Positions 26,968 to 37,877 of a stretch of DNA of 64,000 nt are shown here, one piece after another; positions within the stretch are counted from its first letter, which is position 1; each line of letters begins with the position of its first letter. The notes under the pieces were generated by a model. The model ran no database searches and was not told where the DNA came from. It was given only the letters and a program-made list of their open reading frames with translations. The stretch is from Synechococcus sp. (GTDB lineage Bacteria > Cyanobacteriota > Cyanobacteriia > PCC-6307 > Cyanobiaceae): NCBI GenBank assembly GCA_047285305.1, contig JBJBDL010000003.1:1248001-1312000 (forward strand), written 5' to 3'. A program made the position numbers and the translations under genes.

Positions 26968-28076
26968 ATATTGATTTTAGTGGTTGGCTTGTTCTGGTTG
27001 TCCCGCCAATAAAAAACTGCCTGAGTGAAAATCACGATCATTACGATTGGAATCACAGCGCAGAGCATCACAAGGCGAAATTCATCGGCCCAGCTGGCCA
27101 TAGCCGTTCGGGGCAAAACATTGTCGACCAGATACAGAACATAGAGGCCTAGAAGTAGCCCTCCTTCCAATCGGGATATTCGACCTTTCGTCCAAAAAAT
27201 TGGCATGCAGGCCAGGCTGGTGAGCAGCATTATCGGCAGGTCGTCCTGAATCAGTTCCGGGCTGACTTCAAGTCCGTTGCCAGCTGCCGCAATAGCTCCG
27301 CCGCCAAGCACCAGCATCAGGTTCAACAGGCAGCTGCCCACCACGTTGCCGATGGCCAGATCGGTGCGTCCGCGCAGGGCCGCCACCAGGGACGTGATCA
27401 ATTCGGGCATCGACGTTCCGGCTGAAACGATCGTCAGACCGATCACTGCCTCACTAACTCCCAGAAGGGTTGCGGCGCTGACTGCGCCATTCACCAGAAC
27501 CCTTGATCCGATCGAGAGAACGGTGATGCCTGCAATTAATCGCATTGAGGCGGGGATCAATCCACCTTTGCTTGCTTCGACGCTGATTTCCGGTTCAGCG
27601 CTGCCGCTGTCGTCCGGTTGTTCACGGGCGGTGCGGATCTCCCAGACGGTGTTGATCACGAGCCCCAACAGCAAGGCCAGGCCTGCTTGCCAGGTGACCC
27701 GTCCTGCTGAGGCCATGCCCCAGACCGCCGCCGAGATGGCAATCATCAGAGGCACATCTCGCCTCACCAGGCGGCTTTCAACCCGCAAGGGCAGCACAAG
27801 GGCGCTGCTGCCCAGCACCACCATCACGTTGAAGATGTTGCTGCCCACCACATTGCTAACGGCGAGGGCGTCTGCTCCCTGCAGAACCGAACTCAGGCTC
27901 ACGAACAGTTCCGGGGCGCTGGTGCCCAGAGACACCACCGTGAGGCCGATCACGAGCTGGGGAATGCCGAAGATCACCGCCATGGCGACGGACCCCTGAA
28001 CGAACAGTTCCCCGCCACCGAAGAGCAGTCCGATGCCCAGGAGCACTTGGATAGAGGCCTGCAGAAATTCAGGCAT
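26964..28076 (-). CDS. Ca2+/Na+ antiporter (YrbG-like)
   Basis: Two GTSxPE/GSN repeats; hydrophobic. Confidence 0.9.
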   Translation of the reverse strand: MPEFLQASIQVLLGIGLLFGGGELFVQGSVAMAVIFGIPQLVIGLTVVSLGTSAPELFVSLSSVLQGADALAVSNVVGSNIFNVMVVLGSSALVLPLRVESRLVRRDVPLMIAISAAVWGMASAGRVTWQAGLALLLGLVINTVWEIRTAREQPDDSGSAEPEISVEASKGGLIPASMRLIAGITVLSIGSRVLVNGAVSAATLLGVSEAVIGLTIVSAGTSMPELITSLVAALRGRTDLAIGNVVGSCLLNLMLVLGGGAIAAAGNGLEVSPELIQDDLPIMLLTSLACMPIFWTKGRISRLEGGLLLGLYVLYLVDNVLPRTAMASWADEFRLVMLCAVIPIVMIVIFTQAVFYWRDNQNKPTTKINI

Positions 28077-28157
28077 GGGGCGTGCTCAGCTGTACGGGGA
28101 TTCTGCTTTGAAGCGAATCAACCTAAGGTCACTCATCTGGGTAATAGATAAGAAACC

Positions 28158-29807
28158 TTGTTAAACCGGATCAGCACCAGCAACCTCCGGGGTGACGCCT
28201 TTGGTGGCGTGACCGCCGCGGTGATTGCTCTGCCGATGGCCCTGGCCTTCGGGGTCGCCGCAACGGGTGACCCTGCCCCTGGGCTTTGGGGCGCCGTGAT
28301 CATCGGCTTGGTGGCGTCTCTCTTCGGCGGAACGCCCACCTTGATCTCCGAACCCACCGGTCCAATGACCGTGGTGTTCACGTCGGTGATCCTGAGCTTC
28401 ACCGCCACAGCTCCGGACAAGGAAACGGCCATGGCCATGGCCTTCACCGTGGTCATCCTGGCGGGTCTGTTTCAGATCCTTTTTGGCGTCTTCCGTCTGG
28501 GTCGATACGTCACCCAGATGCCTTACACCGTGATCTCTGGCTTCATGTCGGGGATTGGAGCCATCCTGGTGATTCTCCAGCTGCCCGCTTTCCTGGGGCA
28601 GACCGCATCGGGCGGGGTGATGGGAACCCTGTCCAACCTGCCGGGCTTGATTGCCGGAATTCAGCCGATGGAGCTGGCGCTGGCGTTGATCACCGTTGCG
28701 ATCCTTTGGTTCACCCCAGCCAGCGTGAAGCGTTTCTGCCCGCCGCAGCTGCTGGCGCTGGTGCTGGGAACGGTGCTGTCGATGACCCTGTTCCACGACG
28801 CCGGTCTCAAGACCATTCCGCCGTTCAATGCTGAGCTCCCCAGCCTGCATGTGCCCACCTTTTCGGGCGGCCAGCTGCGTTTGATGTTCGTGGATGCTGC
28901 AGTGCTGGGCATGCTCGGCTGCATCGATGCGCTGCTCACCTCCGTTGTGGCTGACAGCCTCACCCGCACGGAGCACAACTCCAACAAGGAATTGGTGGGT
29001 CAGGGACTGGCCAACATCGCTTCGGGCGTCTTTGGCGGACTGCCTGGGGCGGGAGCCACGATGGGCACCGTCGTGAACATTCAGGCCGGCGGACGTTCAG
29101 CCCTGTCGGGCATTGTCCGTGCGCTGATTCTGATGGTGGTCGTTCTGGCTGCCGCGCCCCTTGCGTCCACGATTCCCCTCGCTGTGCTGGCGGGCATCGC
29201 CCTGAAGGTGGGCATCGACATCATTGATTGGGATTTCCTCCAACGGGCCCACCACCTCTCGGTGAAAGCTGCGGTGATCACCTACGGCGTGATTGCGCTC
29301 ACGGTGCTGGTGGATCTCATCACTGCAGTGGGTATCGGAGTTTTCGTGGCCAACGTGCTCACCATTGATCGGATGAGCGCGTTGCAGTCCAGAAAAGTGA
29401 AAACGATCAGCACCGCCGATGACGATGTGGAGCTGACCGATGAAGAGCAGGTGTTGCTGGATCAGGCCTCCGGCAAGGTTCTGTTGTTCCAGCTCGCCGG
29501 ACCGATGATCTTCGGCGTGGCCAAGGCCATCTCGCGTGAGCACAACGCCATCGGCAATTGTCAGGCGGTGGTCTTCGACCTCTCCGAGGTGTCCCACCTG
29601 GGGGTCACCGCTGCGATCGCCCTCGAGAATGCCGTCAAGGAAGCGATTGAAGAGAGTCGTCAGGTGTTCCTGGTCGGTGCAACGGGCAGCACGGAGAAGC
29701 GCCTGCAGAAGCTGAAGCTGTTGGATCGGCTCCCCCAAAGCCACATCACTGGTGATCGCCTCGATGCTTTGCGTCTTGCCGTGAACGGTTTGCAGCTGAA
29801 TGTCTGA
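28158..29807 (+). CDS. bicA: SulP-family anion transporter with STAS domain (BicA-like)
   Basis: [28 protein letters not shown]-terminal STAS. Confidence 0.8.
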   Translation: MLNRISTSNLRGDAFGGVTAAVIALPMALAFGVAATGDPAPGLWGAVIIGLVASLFGGTPTLISEPTGPMTVVFTSVILSFTATAPDKETAMAMAFTVVILAGLFQILFGVFRLGRYVTQMPYTVISGFMSGIGAILVILQLPAFLGQTASGGVMGTLSNLPGLIAGIQPMELALALITVAILWFTPASVKRFCPPQLLALVLGTVLSMTLFHDAGLKTIPPFNAELPSLHVPTFSGGQLRLMFVDAAVLGMLGCIDALLTSVVADSLTRTEHNSNKELVGQGLANIASGVFGGLPGAGATMGTVVNIQAGGRSALSGIVRALILMVVVLAAAPLASTIPLAVLAGIALKVGIDIIDWDFLQRAHHLSVKAAVITYGVIALTVLVDLITAVGIGVFVANVLTIDRMSALQSRKVKTISTADDDVELTDEEQVLLDQASGKVLLFQLAGPMIFGVAKAISREHNAIGNCQAVVFDLSEVSHLGVTAAIALENAVKEAIEESRQVFLVGATGSTEKRLQKLKLLDRLPQSHITGDRLDALRLAVNGLQLNV

Positions 29808-30846
29808 TCAGATCTCGATCATCGCCCCTGATGATTGGCACGTGCATCTCCGCGACGGGGAGATGCTCAACCAGGTTGTGGCCCATACCGCCCGCCGTTT
29901 TCAGCGGGCCATCGTGATGCCCAACCTGCGTCCCCCGGTGACCACGGTGGCTGCTGCACGGGCATACCGCGACCGTATTAAGGCGGCGTGCCCCGCTGAT
30001 CTGGAGTTCACGCCGCTGATGACGGCGTACCTCACGGATTCGATCGCTCCTGCCGAGTTGGAGACAGGATTTCGAGAGGGCGTTTTTGCTGCCGCCAAGC
30101 TTTATCCCGCCAACGCCACCACCAATTCCGCCGCAGGGGTGACGGATCTGCTGCAGATCGATCCCGTGCTGGAAACGATGGCCCGGATCGGCATGCCCTT
30201 GCTGATCCATGGTGAAGTCACGGACAGCGAGATCGATATCTTCGACCGAGAGGCGGTGTTCATCGAACGCCATCTGGCACCACTGCGGGACCGCCATCCC
30301 GAGCTGAAGGTTGTGTTCGAGCACATCACCACCGAACAAGCGGTGCAATACGTCAGCTCAGCGGATCGTCATCTCGCCGCCACCATTACCCCCCACCATC
30401 TGCACATCAACCGCAACGCGATGTTTGCCGGCGGGTTGCGCAGTGATTTTTATTGCCTCCCCGTGGCCAAGCGGGAATGCCACCGTCAGGCCCTGCGCCG
30501 GGCGGCCACCAGCGGTGACCCACGCTTCTTTCTCGGCACCGATACGGCGCCGCATGAACGGGCATCCAAGGAAAGTGCCTGCGGATGCGCCGGCATCTTC
30601 AATGCGCCCTTCGCCCTGGAGAGCTATGCCCAGGTTTTTGATGAGGAGGGTGCTCTGGAGCATCTCGAAGCCTTCACCAGCCTGAATGGGCCGGCCTTCT
30701 ACAACTGTCCAGCCAACACGCGTCGCATCACGTTGCAACGCCGTGACCATCTCGTGCCGGAACTTGTGAATGGACTGGTTCCTTTCCATGCTGGAGAGAT
30801 CCTGTCCTGGGCCGTTGCCGATGCACCTGATCAAGTTCAGCTCTGA
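29800..30846 (+). CDS. pyrC: Dihydroorotase
   Basis: [28 protein letters not shown]. Confidence 0.95.
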   Translation: MSDQISIIAPDDWHVHLRDGEMLNQVVAHTARRFQRAIVMPNLRPPVTTVAAARAYRDRIKAACPADLEFTPLMTAYLTDSIAPAELETGFREGVFAAAKLYPANATTNSAAGVTDLLQIDPVLETMARIGMPLLIHGEVTDSEIDIFDREAVFIERHLAPLRDRHPELKVVFEHITTEQAVQYVSSADRHLAATITPHHLHINRNAMFAGGLRSDFYCLPVAKRECHRQALRRAATSGDPRFFLGTDTAPHERASKESACGCAGIFNAPFALESYAQVFDEEGALEHLEAFTSLNGPAFYNCPANTRRITLQRRDHLVPELVNGLVPFHAGEILSWAVADAPDQVQL

Positions 30847-31123
30847 AGACTGCGGTACCTGTCACCGCATGAGTCACTACGACGGCAAGGTGGCCGAGGA
30901 ACTCGGCTGCAGCTTCATCTCCGTGATGCTGCAGGACACGGAGATGTATCGGAAATACCGGAAGATCCTGCTCAAGCAGTACCCCAACAAGGAGGGGATG
31001 GGCTGGCCCACCTACCTCCTGGTGAACGATCCCGATGGAGATTTTTCGATCGAGGGAGAACTGAAGGGCGGCATGCCCAAGGGAGATTTCCGCACCAAGC
31101 TGGCTGAGTTGTTGCCGTCTTGA
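30821..31123 (+). CDS. Thioredoxin-like protein
   Basis: CGTC motif, GWPTY. Confidence 0.8.
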   Translation: MHLIKFSSEDCGTCHRMSHYDGKVAEELGCSFISVMLQDTEMYRKYRKILLKQYPNKEGMGWPTYLLVNDPDGDFSIEGELKGGMPKGDFRTKLAELLPS

Positions 31124-31130
31124 GCTCAGG

Positions 31131-31219
31131 TGGTGGGGGCAGGGGGACTTGAACCCCCACAGGCCTTTCGGCCCAAGCGATTTTAAGTCGCGTGCGTCTA
31201 CCGATTCCGCCATGCCCCC
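31131..31219 (-). tRNA. tRNA-Leu(TAA)
   Basis: Reverse complement GGGGGCATGGCGGAATCGGTAGACGC...CT-TAA-AA...GGTTCAAGTCC...CCA, with a long variable arm. Confidence 0.97.
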
Positions 31220-31258
31220 GCCCGGACATCTTAGATTTCCCCCAGATGTCCTCAGGCC

Positions 31259-31510
31259 TTGGACCTTTCGTCCCTGCTTTCTCAAGTCCCACAGGACACG
31301 TTGTTGGTTCTGTTGGCCTACACCGTTCTGGGCGGCCTGTATCTCGTTGTGGTTCCCCTCGCCCTGTACGCGTGGATGAACCAGCGTTGGCATCGCATGG
31401 GCAAGCTGGAGCGTCTGGGCATCTATGGCCTGGTCTTCCTCTTTTTCCCGGGGATGATTCTTTTTGCCCCCTTCCTCAATTTCCGGCTGAGCGGGCAAGG
31501 AGACGTCTGA
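31259..31510 (+). CDS. ndhL: NDH-1 subunit L
   Basis: YLVVVPL..Y.WMNQRW...[22 protein letters not shown]. Confidence 0.92.
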   Translation: MDLSSLLSQVPQDTLLVLLAYTVLGGLYLVVVPLALYAWMNQRWHRMGKLERLGIYGLVFLFFPGMILFAPFLNFRLSGQGDV

Positions 31511-31511
31511 A

Positions 31512-31868
31512 TTGACGCGTGGCAAGGTTCTTCTGATCGGACTTGCAGTCCTCCTGCTGGGCGGGCTTGGGCAAGTCGGCTTTCAGGCTGCAGGCTTTGA
31601 GGGGTTTTCGGCAGGAATTGCTGCGGAGGCCCTGCTGGTTGTGATTGTGGTGGTGTGGACAAGCTCTTACCTGTTCCGTGTGGTCACCGGCCAGATGACC
31701 TACATGGACCAGCGGCGTCGCTACCGCGAGGTGTACGACAAACAGGAAGCGGAGGCGCTTCAAGCCCGTTTTGATGCTCTCCCCGATGAGGAGCAACAGG
31801 CGCTGTTGCGCAAAATTGGAGCGGATGCCTCGGTTCCCGTGGACGGCGATGCCCCCGTCGACTCATAG
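31512..31868 (+). CDS. DUF3007 family protein
   Basis: [23 protein letters not shown]; usual ndhL-DUF3007-trpA order. Confidence 0.88.
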   Translation: MTRGKVLLIGLAVLLLGGLGQVGFQAAGFEGFSAGIAAEALLVVIVVVWTSSYLFRVVTGQMTYMDQRRRYREVYDKQEAEALQARFDALPDEEQQALLRKIGADASVPVDGDAPVDS

Positions 31869-31902
31869 GCTTCCGAAGTTTGTTCCTGGTCGGTTGACCG
31901 AG

Positions 31903-32712
31903 ATGCCCAATCAGCAGTCCTCTTCCATCGCCCAGCGCTTTGAGCAGCTGAAGCAGGACGGTCGCCTCGCCTTGATGCCATTCCTGATGGCCGGCGATCC
32001 GGATCTCTCTGTCACCGCTGATGTGCTGCTCAGCCTGCAACGTGCAGGGGCTGACATGGTTGAACTGGGAATGCCTTACAGCGACCCCCTCGCTGATGGG
32101 CCGGTCATTCAGGCTGCTGCGTCCCGGGCCCTTGCCGCCGGAACCACGCCAAAGGGTGTTCTGGACATGCTGCGCTCGTTGAAAGGCCAGCTGCAGATTC
32201 CCGTGATCCTGTTCACGTATTCCAATCCACTGCTCAATGTGGGGATGGAGGCGTTTTGCCAGTCCGCAGCGGAGGCTGGTGCGGCGGGTTTGGTGGTCCC
32301 TGATCTACCCCTTGAGGAAGCAGAGCGGCTGTCGACAATCGCAGAGCGTCATGGCTTGGATTTGGTGCTCTTGGTTGCGCCCACCACTCCCCAAGATCGG
32401 ATGGGTCGGATTGCCACATGCAGCCGAGGTTTCACCTACCTGGTGAGTGTCACCGGTGTCACCGGTGAGCGAGCTCAGATGGAAAGCAGGGTTGAAGGTT
32501 TGGTGCAGCAACTCAAACAAACCTCACCGGTTCCTGTTGCGGTTGGTTTTGGGATCTCCGGTGCCGAGCAGGTGCGTCAGGTTCGGGGTTGGGGTGCCGA
32601 TGGAGCAATTGTGGGCAGTGCACTTGTGAAACGGATGGCTGCAGCATCGCCCGGGGACATTGCTCAGGAAGCTGGTCGTTTTTGCGCTGAGTTGCGTGCA
32701 GCTGCCGATTAG
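31903..32712 (+). CDS. trpA: Tryptophan synthase alpha chain
   Basis: [31 protein letters not shown]. Confidence 0.96.
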   Translation: MPNQQSSSIAQRFEQLKQDGRLALMPFLMAGDPDLSVTADVLLSLQRAGADMVELGMPYSDPLADGPVIQAAASRALAAGTTPKGVLDMLRSLKGQLQIPVILFTYSNPLLNVGMEAFCQSAAEAGAAGLVVPDLPLEEAERLSTIAERHGLDLVLLVAPTTPQDRMGRIATCSRGFTYLVSVTGVTGERAQMESRVEGLVQQLKQTSPVPVAVGFGISGAEQVRQVRGWGADGAIVGSALVKRMAAASPGDIAQEAGRFCAELRAAAD

Positions 32713-32789
32713 CCCTAGGGGCTGTCATCCCGCTCAAGCCATCAAAAACCCCGGCATTGGCCGGGGTTGCACTGCTTTTTAATGTTGAA

Positions 32790-33161
32790 TCACTCGTCGT
32801 CTTCGTCGGTGGCACCCACCGATGTCAGACGAATCTGTTTGCGACCCAGTTTGATTTCAAATTCATCTCCAGGCTTCAGGTCAAGCAGCGCTGTATAGGC
32901 CTTGCCGATGAGAAGATTGCCGTTGCCTTGCACAGTGGCCACATAGCTGAGTTTGCGGCCACCTTGGCCAACACCACCAACTCCACCCACGCCAAGACTG
33001 ACGCCTTTGGCTTCCAACAGTGCTTCATAAAAAGCGGTGAAATTCAGACGTTCACCACCATCTTTTTTCGTGGAGACATAGCCACAGGCACGAACAAGGT
33101 CAGACTTGCTGATGTCACCCAGGTCTTTGACTTTATTGAGAAGGTTGCTCCCAGTGAGCAT
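32790..33161 (-). CDS. Cyanobacterial AbrB-like regulator
   Basis: GRKLSYVATVQGNGNLLIGKAYT...GDEFEIKLGRKQI. Confidence 0.9.
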   Translation of the reverse strand: MLTGSNLLNKVKDLGDISKSDLVRACGYVSTKKDGGERLNFTAFYEALLEAKGVSLGVGGVGGVGQGGRKLSYVATVQGNGNLLIGKAYTALLDLKPGDEFEIKLGRKQIRLTSVGATDEDDE

Positions 33162-33259
33162 CGCTTTTGAGAGATATCAACCTTCACAACATAGCCATGT
33201 TTCAAGCGGCTATGCCATCATTTTCGACTGAAAAGTTCGCTGTTATTTCATCCTTCGCT

Positions 33260-33529
33260 ATGGCACGTTTCGTTTTGTGGGGCACTTACTGCGCGGATGC
33301 GCTTGAGAAGCGTGCTCCCTATCGGGATGAGCACCTTGCTCGTCTCCAAAGTCTGAAAGAGCAGGGAACGCTGGTCACGCTCGGACCCACCGAGGGAAGC
33401 ACCCATGTTTTCGGGATCTTCGAGGCCGACAGCATCGACGTCGTCCGCAGGCTGGTTGAGGACGATATCTATTGGAAGCAGGGGATCTGGACGGCGCTCG
33501 AGGTTTATCCCTGGGTCCAGGCGTTCTGA
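33260..33529 (+). CDS. YciI family protein
   Basis: RAPYRDEHL...LGPT...DDIYWKQGIW. Confidence 0.85.
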   Translation: MARFVLWGTYCADALEKRAPYRDEHLARLQSLKEQGTLVTLGPTEGSTHVFGIFEADSIDVVRRLVEDDIYWKQGIWTALEVYPWVQAF

Positions 33530-33861
33530 GCCTGCATGAGCACCCATTCAGCCACGAGCTGATCTCCATCGCTCCCGAGAACATCGGCGTAACCACTCAT
33601 CTGGCCTCGCCCTTCCCGGGCGATGGCTGCGATGGCGTCCACCGTTGCGATCTGCTCACGCTCGAGGGTCTTCAGCTTCAGGTTTTTCCCCCGGCGAATG
33701 ATGTTGCCACCGTTGATGTGGCATCCCGCGCAGTGCTGTTCGAACAACAGGCCGCCGGGGCTGGCGTCAGACCCGGCAGCCAGCGAAGCGCCGGCTGAAC
33801 CAAGGCTCAGCAGCAGAACAAGAAACGCACCAATGCAGCAGCGCAGGAGGTGGCTCAGCAC
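33505..33861 (-). CDS. Cytochrome c6-like protein
   Basis: CAGCH, GGNII, Met ligand in GRGQM, signal peptide. Confidence 0.88.
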   Translation of the reverse strand: MLSHLLRCCIGAFLVLLLSLGSAGASLAAGSDASPGGLLFEQHCAGCHINGGNIIRRGKNLKLKTLEREQIATVDAIAAIAREGRGQMSGYADVLGSDGDQLVAEWVLMQAQNAWTQG

Positions 33862-33880
33862 AGGGATGATGTGGCTTGGA

Positions 33881-34114
33881 TCAGTCTGCTTGAGCAGGCG
33901 ATGCCTCCTTCTGGAACCGCTGGATCAGTTCATCGGGAGAGCGGTAATCCTTCGGAAGCGAGGTGTGCAATCGGTTGAGGTAGTCCCAGCAGACCGTCCG
34001 GCGAATGGCGTTGAGGTCGCGTCCATCGGCCACAAGGCGACGCAGGGCCTGGCAGTAGGTCGAGAATCCAGCCTCCAGATCTCCGATGGTGAGTGCCTTG
34101 GTTGCGGACGGCAT
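33881..34114 (-). CDS. DUF3136 family protein (second paralog)
   Basis: LTIGDLEAGFSTYCQALRRL...RTVCW. Confidence 0.85.
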   Translation of the reverse strand: MPSATKALTIGDLEAGFSTYCQALRRLVADGRDLNAIRRTVCWDYLNRLHTSLPKDYRSPDELIQRFQKEASPAQAD

Positions 34115-34195
34115 GAAACAGAAGGTCAGGATCTTCTGACTTTTGCGTCGATCCCCTGATTGGTCTGTTGTCAGGATCACTGTTGAAGCTGTGCG

Positions 34196-34726
34196 GTGGT
34201 CTCCGTGGCGGAACAGGATCTGATCCGTTTCCTCAACAAGATCTCCCAACTTCAGGCCCTTGCGGAGCGTGTGCGGAACGACTCCAGCAGCCGCGAACAG
34301 CTGGCGGCTTGTGCGGACCACAACCAGGTTGTTCAGTTGGCCCGATCCTGGGGGTTCGACATCGGTCGGCGCTGGGGTGAGCGTGACCATCGGCCGGGGG
34401 GAGAGGCCAACCTGTTGGCGACCCCGTGCCCTCCACCGGGTGAGGAATCAACCCAGGTGGTGGCGTCTGCCGAAACATGGAGACTGCTGTTGATCGCCTC
34501 CAACGGCTTCAGCTCCTCCCGTGACGAATGGATGGATCAGTCCGATCACGAGTGGGTGCTTGTGTTGCGGGGGAGTGCCCGTGTTGCGCTGCAGAACCCC
34601 GATCGGATTGTGGATCTCAGTCCAGGGGATCATTTACTGCTTTCGCCCCATCAACGCCACCGGGTGGAGCGCACTGATCCCGATCCAGGAACCCTGTGGC
34701 TCGCCTTGCACTGGGATGCTGCTTAA
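34196..34726 (+). CDS. Nif11-like domain / cupin fusion protein
   Basis: N-terminal Nif11-like helix (LARSWGFDI) plus cupin (DQSDHEWVLVLRG, HQRHRV). Confidence 0.8.
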   Translation: MVSVAEQDLIRFLNKISQLQALAERVRNDSSSREQLAACADHNQVVQLARSWGFDIGRRWGERDHRPGGEANLLATPCPPPGEESTQVVASAETWRLLLIASNGFSSSRDEWMDQSDHEWVLVLRGSARVALQNPDRIVDLSPGDHLLLSPHQRHRVERTDPDPGTLWLALHWDAA

Positions 34727-34772
34727 GCCCGGCGAGGCACGCCACCTCCACGATGGGTCGTGCAGCCCCCAA

Positions 34773-35200
34773 AAGGCAATGAGCACGACAGCTGATTGCC
34801 GTCGGTGGCATCGCTGACGAGAGTTAGTGCATCGAGATCGGAGGAGCCCATGACGGCCGACACTCCACCTGAGCAAGCCCCAGAAGCAGACTGACTTTCT
34901 GGCCCCTGCTCCAACAGTTTCCACCCATTCGTAAGCGATTCGTCTGGCGCGACAACGAAGAGCGTCAAGCCAGTCGACTCCCCTCTGCATCGTTCGTAGG
35001 TGCCCCGCAGGAGAGCCGCTTCACACCTGGACCCGATGGCCCCAGGGTGCCTTGAGCCAGACGCTTCGATCTTCCTGTCTCAGTTCCATTGCTAGAGGAG
35101 ATTTTCCAAGGCATCAGACACTGAAGTTGAGATCGATTGCCATGTGCAAACGAGCGAGTTAGGCCGTCTTTCCAACGGGAAGGGCGGCCTTCCTTTTGTT
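34773..35200 (+). ncRNA. Candidate large structured RNA / micro-ORF element, copy 2
   Basis: Homologous to 3159-3654; ends in AGGCCGTC...GCGGCCT plus a T-tract. Confidence 0.55.
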
Positions 35201-35209
35201 CGTTAACCC

Positions 35210-35704
35210 TCAGTCCTGGACATCAAGCTTGGTTGCTGATCCTCCTCGGCCCAGTCGTTTGCGTGAGGGAGTGGCGTTCGCACGCTTCACCAACCAGTAA
35301 GCGGCTGAAAGTGAGACGACTGCGATCCCGAGGCCCACCAGCAGCTGGGGTTTGTTTTCAGCACCGGAGGGCAGCACGATCACTTTTCGAGCCACAGCCG
35401 TCAGCGCGGTGACCAGAACCAGCTCGATCTGCACCACGTGGCGCCTCAGGTAACTGGTGATGTTTTGCAGCACCTCCAGCGCGATCAACACTGTGAGCAG
35501 ATCGCCGAGGATCTTGATCAGGTCATCGCCCAACCACGTCGCCGCTGACCCAGTCAGCAACTTGGAGCCCAAGGAAACCATCAGCTGGATGATGGCGGCG
35601 CTGATCACCACTGCGGTGATCAGAGTGAGCAGTCGGGCGACCTCTCGCTCACCCGCATCAACGAAACCGAGGAAACTTCTCTTGGAACGCTTGGGTTCAC
35701 TCAC
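35210..35704 (-). CDS. PsiE-like (phosphate-starvation-inducible) membrane protein
   Basis: LIALEVLQNITSYLR, TALTAVARKVI. Confidence 0.8.
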   Translation of the reverse strand: MSEPKRSKRSFLGFVDAGEREVARLLTLITAVVISAAIIQLMVSLGSKLLTGSAATWLGDDLIKILGDLLTVLIALEVLQNITSYLRRHVVQIELVLVTALTAVARKVIVLPSGAENKPQLLVGLGIAVVSLSAAYWLVKRANATPSRKRLGRGGSATKLDVQD

Positions 35705-35991
35705 GGGGTTCAGTCGTTGAAGGGGTTGTAGTAAAGGCGAGCCTTGGCCTAGCCGGCCAGGTTGACCACCTTGGTGTCGCAGGTGACGGAGCCGTCCTCT
35801 GCCTTGATGCAATCGGCTTCAATCTTGCTGTCCTTGCCTGTGGGGCTACCCGGTCCCCGCAGCCACCCCTCTGTTTGCGCCTGGGCTGAGGAGGCGTCTA
35901 ACACCGACATCATCAACAGACCGGAGGCGTGAGGAGGTGATTTCGCGTCATCGGGGCGATGTCTGAGCCACCACTTTGCCCGTGCCGGCCG

Positions 35992-36312
35992 TTAATCGGT
36001 GCAGTCGTCTCGAATTTCCTGCAAAAGCAGATCAAGTTGTCCGAACGGATCGTCTTCGGCCGTTGCGACACCGGCAGGTTCGCTTGAAGGCTGGCCATGC
36101 CATTCGGCTTCAACGCTGCAGAGCCGATCAGCCAGTCCAGCCAGTCCACGCATGTTGTGTTCGCGCTCCAGCACCTCAAGCAGGGCGGGCATTCGGGTCG
36201 ACACAGCGCGCAGGTTTCGACGCAGGTCGGCCTGGGTGCGACCTTGCTGCTTCAACCAGTCCTTCAGCAGCAGAGTGAGATCCGCTTCAAATTCGGGGTT
36301 CCAGCCAGACAT
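35992..36312 (-). CDS. Conserved hypothetical protein
   Basis: 106 aa, LLKDWLKQQGRTQADL...DPFGQLDLLL. Confidence 0.7.
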   Translation of the reverse strand: MSGWNPEFEADLTLLLKDWLKQQGRTQADLRRNLRAVSTRMPALLEVLEREHNMRGLAGLADRLCSVEAEWHGQPSSEPAGVATAEDDPFGQLDLLLQEIRDDCTD

Positions 36313-36336
36313 TGATCAGCGATTCAGTTCAGCGAT

Positions 36337-36702
36337 TCAGTGCGCCAGGGGAAACCAGCGATCCAGTTTGCGGCGAGCTCGCATCCGGATGTCTGGAGTG
36401 ACGTGATTCCTCCACAGACCCACCATGGCTGTAAGCGCCACCAAATCATCACTGAAACCGGCCACCGGTAGCAGGTCTGGAATCAGGTCTGCGGGCATCA
36501 GAAGATAACTAAGGGCAGCGAGCATCGTCAGCCGCGCGGCTGAGGGGGTCTCGGGGTCAAGCATCAACTCCAGGGCTTCCAAAGTTGGGACGGCAAGACC
36601 CCTGCCGGCCCGCTGCAACAGGCGCCGCAGCAGGTTTTCGTCGATCACCTCCCGTTCAAGCACGTCGGCTTCAACGGTGGTTCGCGCAGCCTGGTCAGTC
36701 AT
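36337..36702 (-). CDS. YkvA/DUF1232 family protein
   Basis: YLLMPADLIPDLLPVAGFSDDL. Confidence 0.88.
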   Translation of the reverse strand: MTDQAARTTVEADVLEREVIDENLLRRLLQRAGRGLAVPTLEALELMLDPETPSAARLTMLAALSYLLMPADLIPDLLPVAGFSDDLVALTAMVGLWRNHVTPDIRMRARRKLDRWFPLAH

Positions 36703-36770
36703 GCGGAGGGAACCGGATGGATCCACTCTCCCCAGTTCCTCCGCAAGACGCCAGCGGGGCGGGCCGATCT

Positions 36771-37700
36771 TCAGGGTGTGGATTCCACGAGTCCGCTTTG
36801 AATTCCCGTCTTGCGAAGTTTGCGCAGGGCCCGCTGCACCACCTGACGGCAATACTCCCGTGAACAGTTCATGTGGCGAGCCACCTCGGCAAGGGTGCGC
36901 CATTCGTTGGTGCCATCAAGCCCAAAGCGCAGGGTAACGACGGTGTGTTCTTTTGGGGTGAGATTGGCTTTGGCCAGCAAAGACCAGACCGACGCGGTGC
37001 GTTCAGCGATCTCGGCCCGTTCCAGCGGCGGTAGCTCTTCGCTTGGGAGCACATCCACCAGCTCGGAGGGATCCGATTTCGATTTCACAACCCCCTGCAG
37101 GCTCACAGTGACGCTGCGCAGTTCACAGGCCAGCAGGTCTTCCACCTCAGCGATGGGGATATCCATGAACTCCGCCAGCTGCTCTCCGCTGGGGCTGAGG
37201 CCATTTCGCTGCATCAAGCGTGCCTTGGCAGCCCGCAATTTGGTGAGCTTTTCGTTCACATTCACGGGAATGCGAATCGTGCGGCTTTGGGTAGAGAGCG
37301 CTCGATTCAGTCCCTGTCGAATCCACCAGTAGGCATAGGTGGAGAATCGATGGCCGCGGGTGGGGTCGTATTTCTCGACGGCTCGGGTCAAGCCGAGGGT
37401 TCCCTCTTGAATCAGATCGAGAAGATCCAGGCCCTTGCCCTGATAACGCTTGGCCAGATTGACGACAAGACGAAGGTTGGACGTAATCATCTGATTCTTG
37501 GCCCGTTCGCCACGGCGAATCACGCCTTTTTCTTCATCGCTGTACTCACAGGCTGGGCCACTCCCGCCAGCCAGATGACAGCGTTCTGTGATGGCGACCA
37601 TCGCCTGAACCTTCCTCCCCATCATGAGTTCCTGCTCTGGAGTGAGCAGTTGATGGCGACCAATTTCGCCGAGAAAAGCACTCAGAGAACTCGTCATCAT
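36771..37700 (-). CDS. Group 2 RpoD-type sigma factor
   Basis: NLRLVV, DLIQEG, RFSTYAYWWIRQ, RTIRIPV; no region 1.1. Confidence 0.93.
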   Translation of the reverse strand: MMTSSLSAFLGEIGRHQLLTPEQELMMGRKVQAMVAITERCHLAGGSGPACEYSDEEKGVIRRGERAKNQMITSNLRLVVNLAKRYQGKGLDLLDLIQEGTLGLTRAVEKYDPTRGHRFSTYAYWWIRQGLNRALSTQSRTIRIPVNVNEKLTKLRAAKARLMQRNGLSPSGEQLAEFMDIPIAEVEDLLACELRSVTVSLQGVVKSKSDPSELVDVLPSEELPPLERAEIAERTASVWSLLAKANLTPKEHTVVTLRFGLDGTNEWRTLAEVARHMNCSREYCRQVVQRALRKLRKTGIQSGLVESTP

Positions 37701-37877
37701 GACGATACGGCTGAAATGAACCTAGAACCAAAGAGTTTTTTTATGGCGTTCATAATAAAGACTCCTGAATTAATACTTTGTGCGCTATTTCACTCTTTCT
37801 TCCTATTACTGAAGCGAATCTTTCATTGTTAATTCAATTGGGTGGCTAAGGTCGCCGAACCTTCCGTCGCCACGCCC

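Noticed and set aside
31120..31260. tRNA-Leu as an integration site
   Set aside because: It is flanked directly by core genes, with no duplication or integrase.
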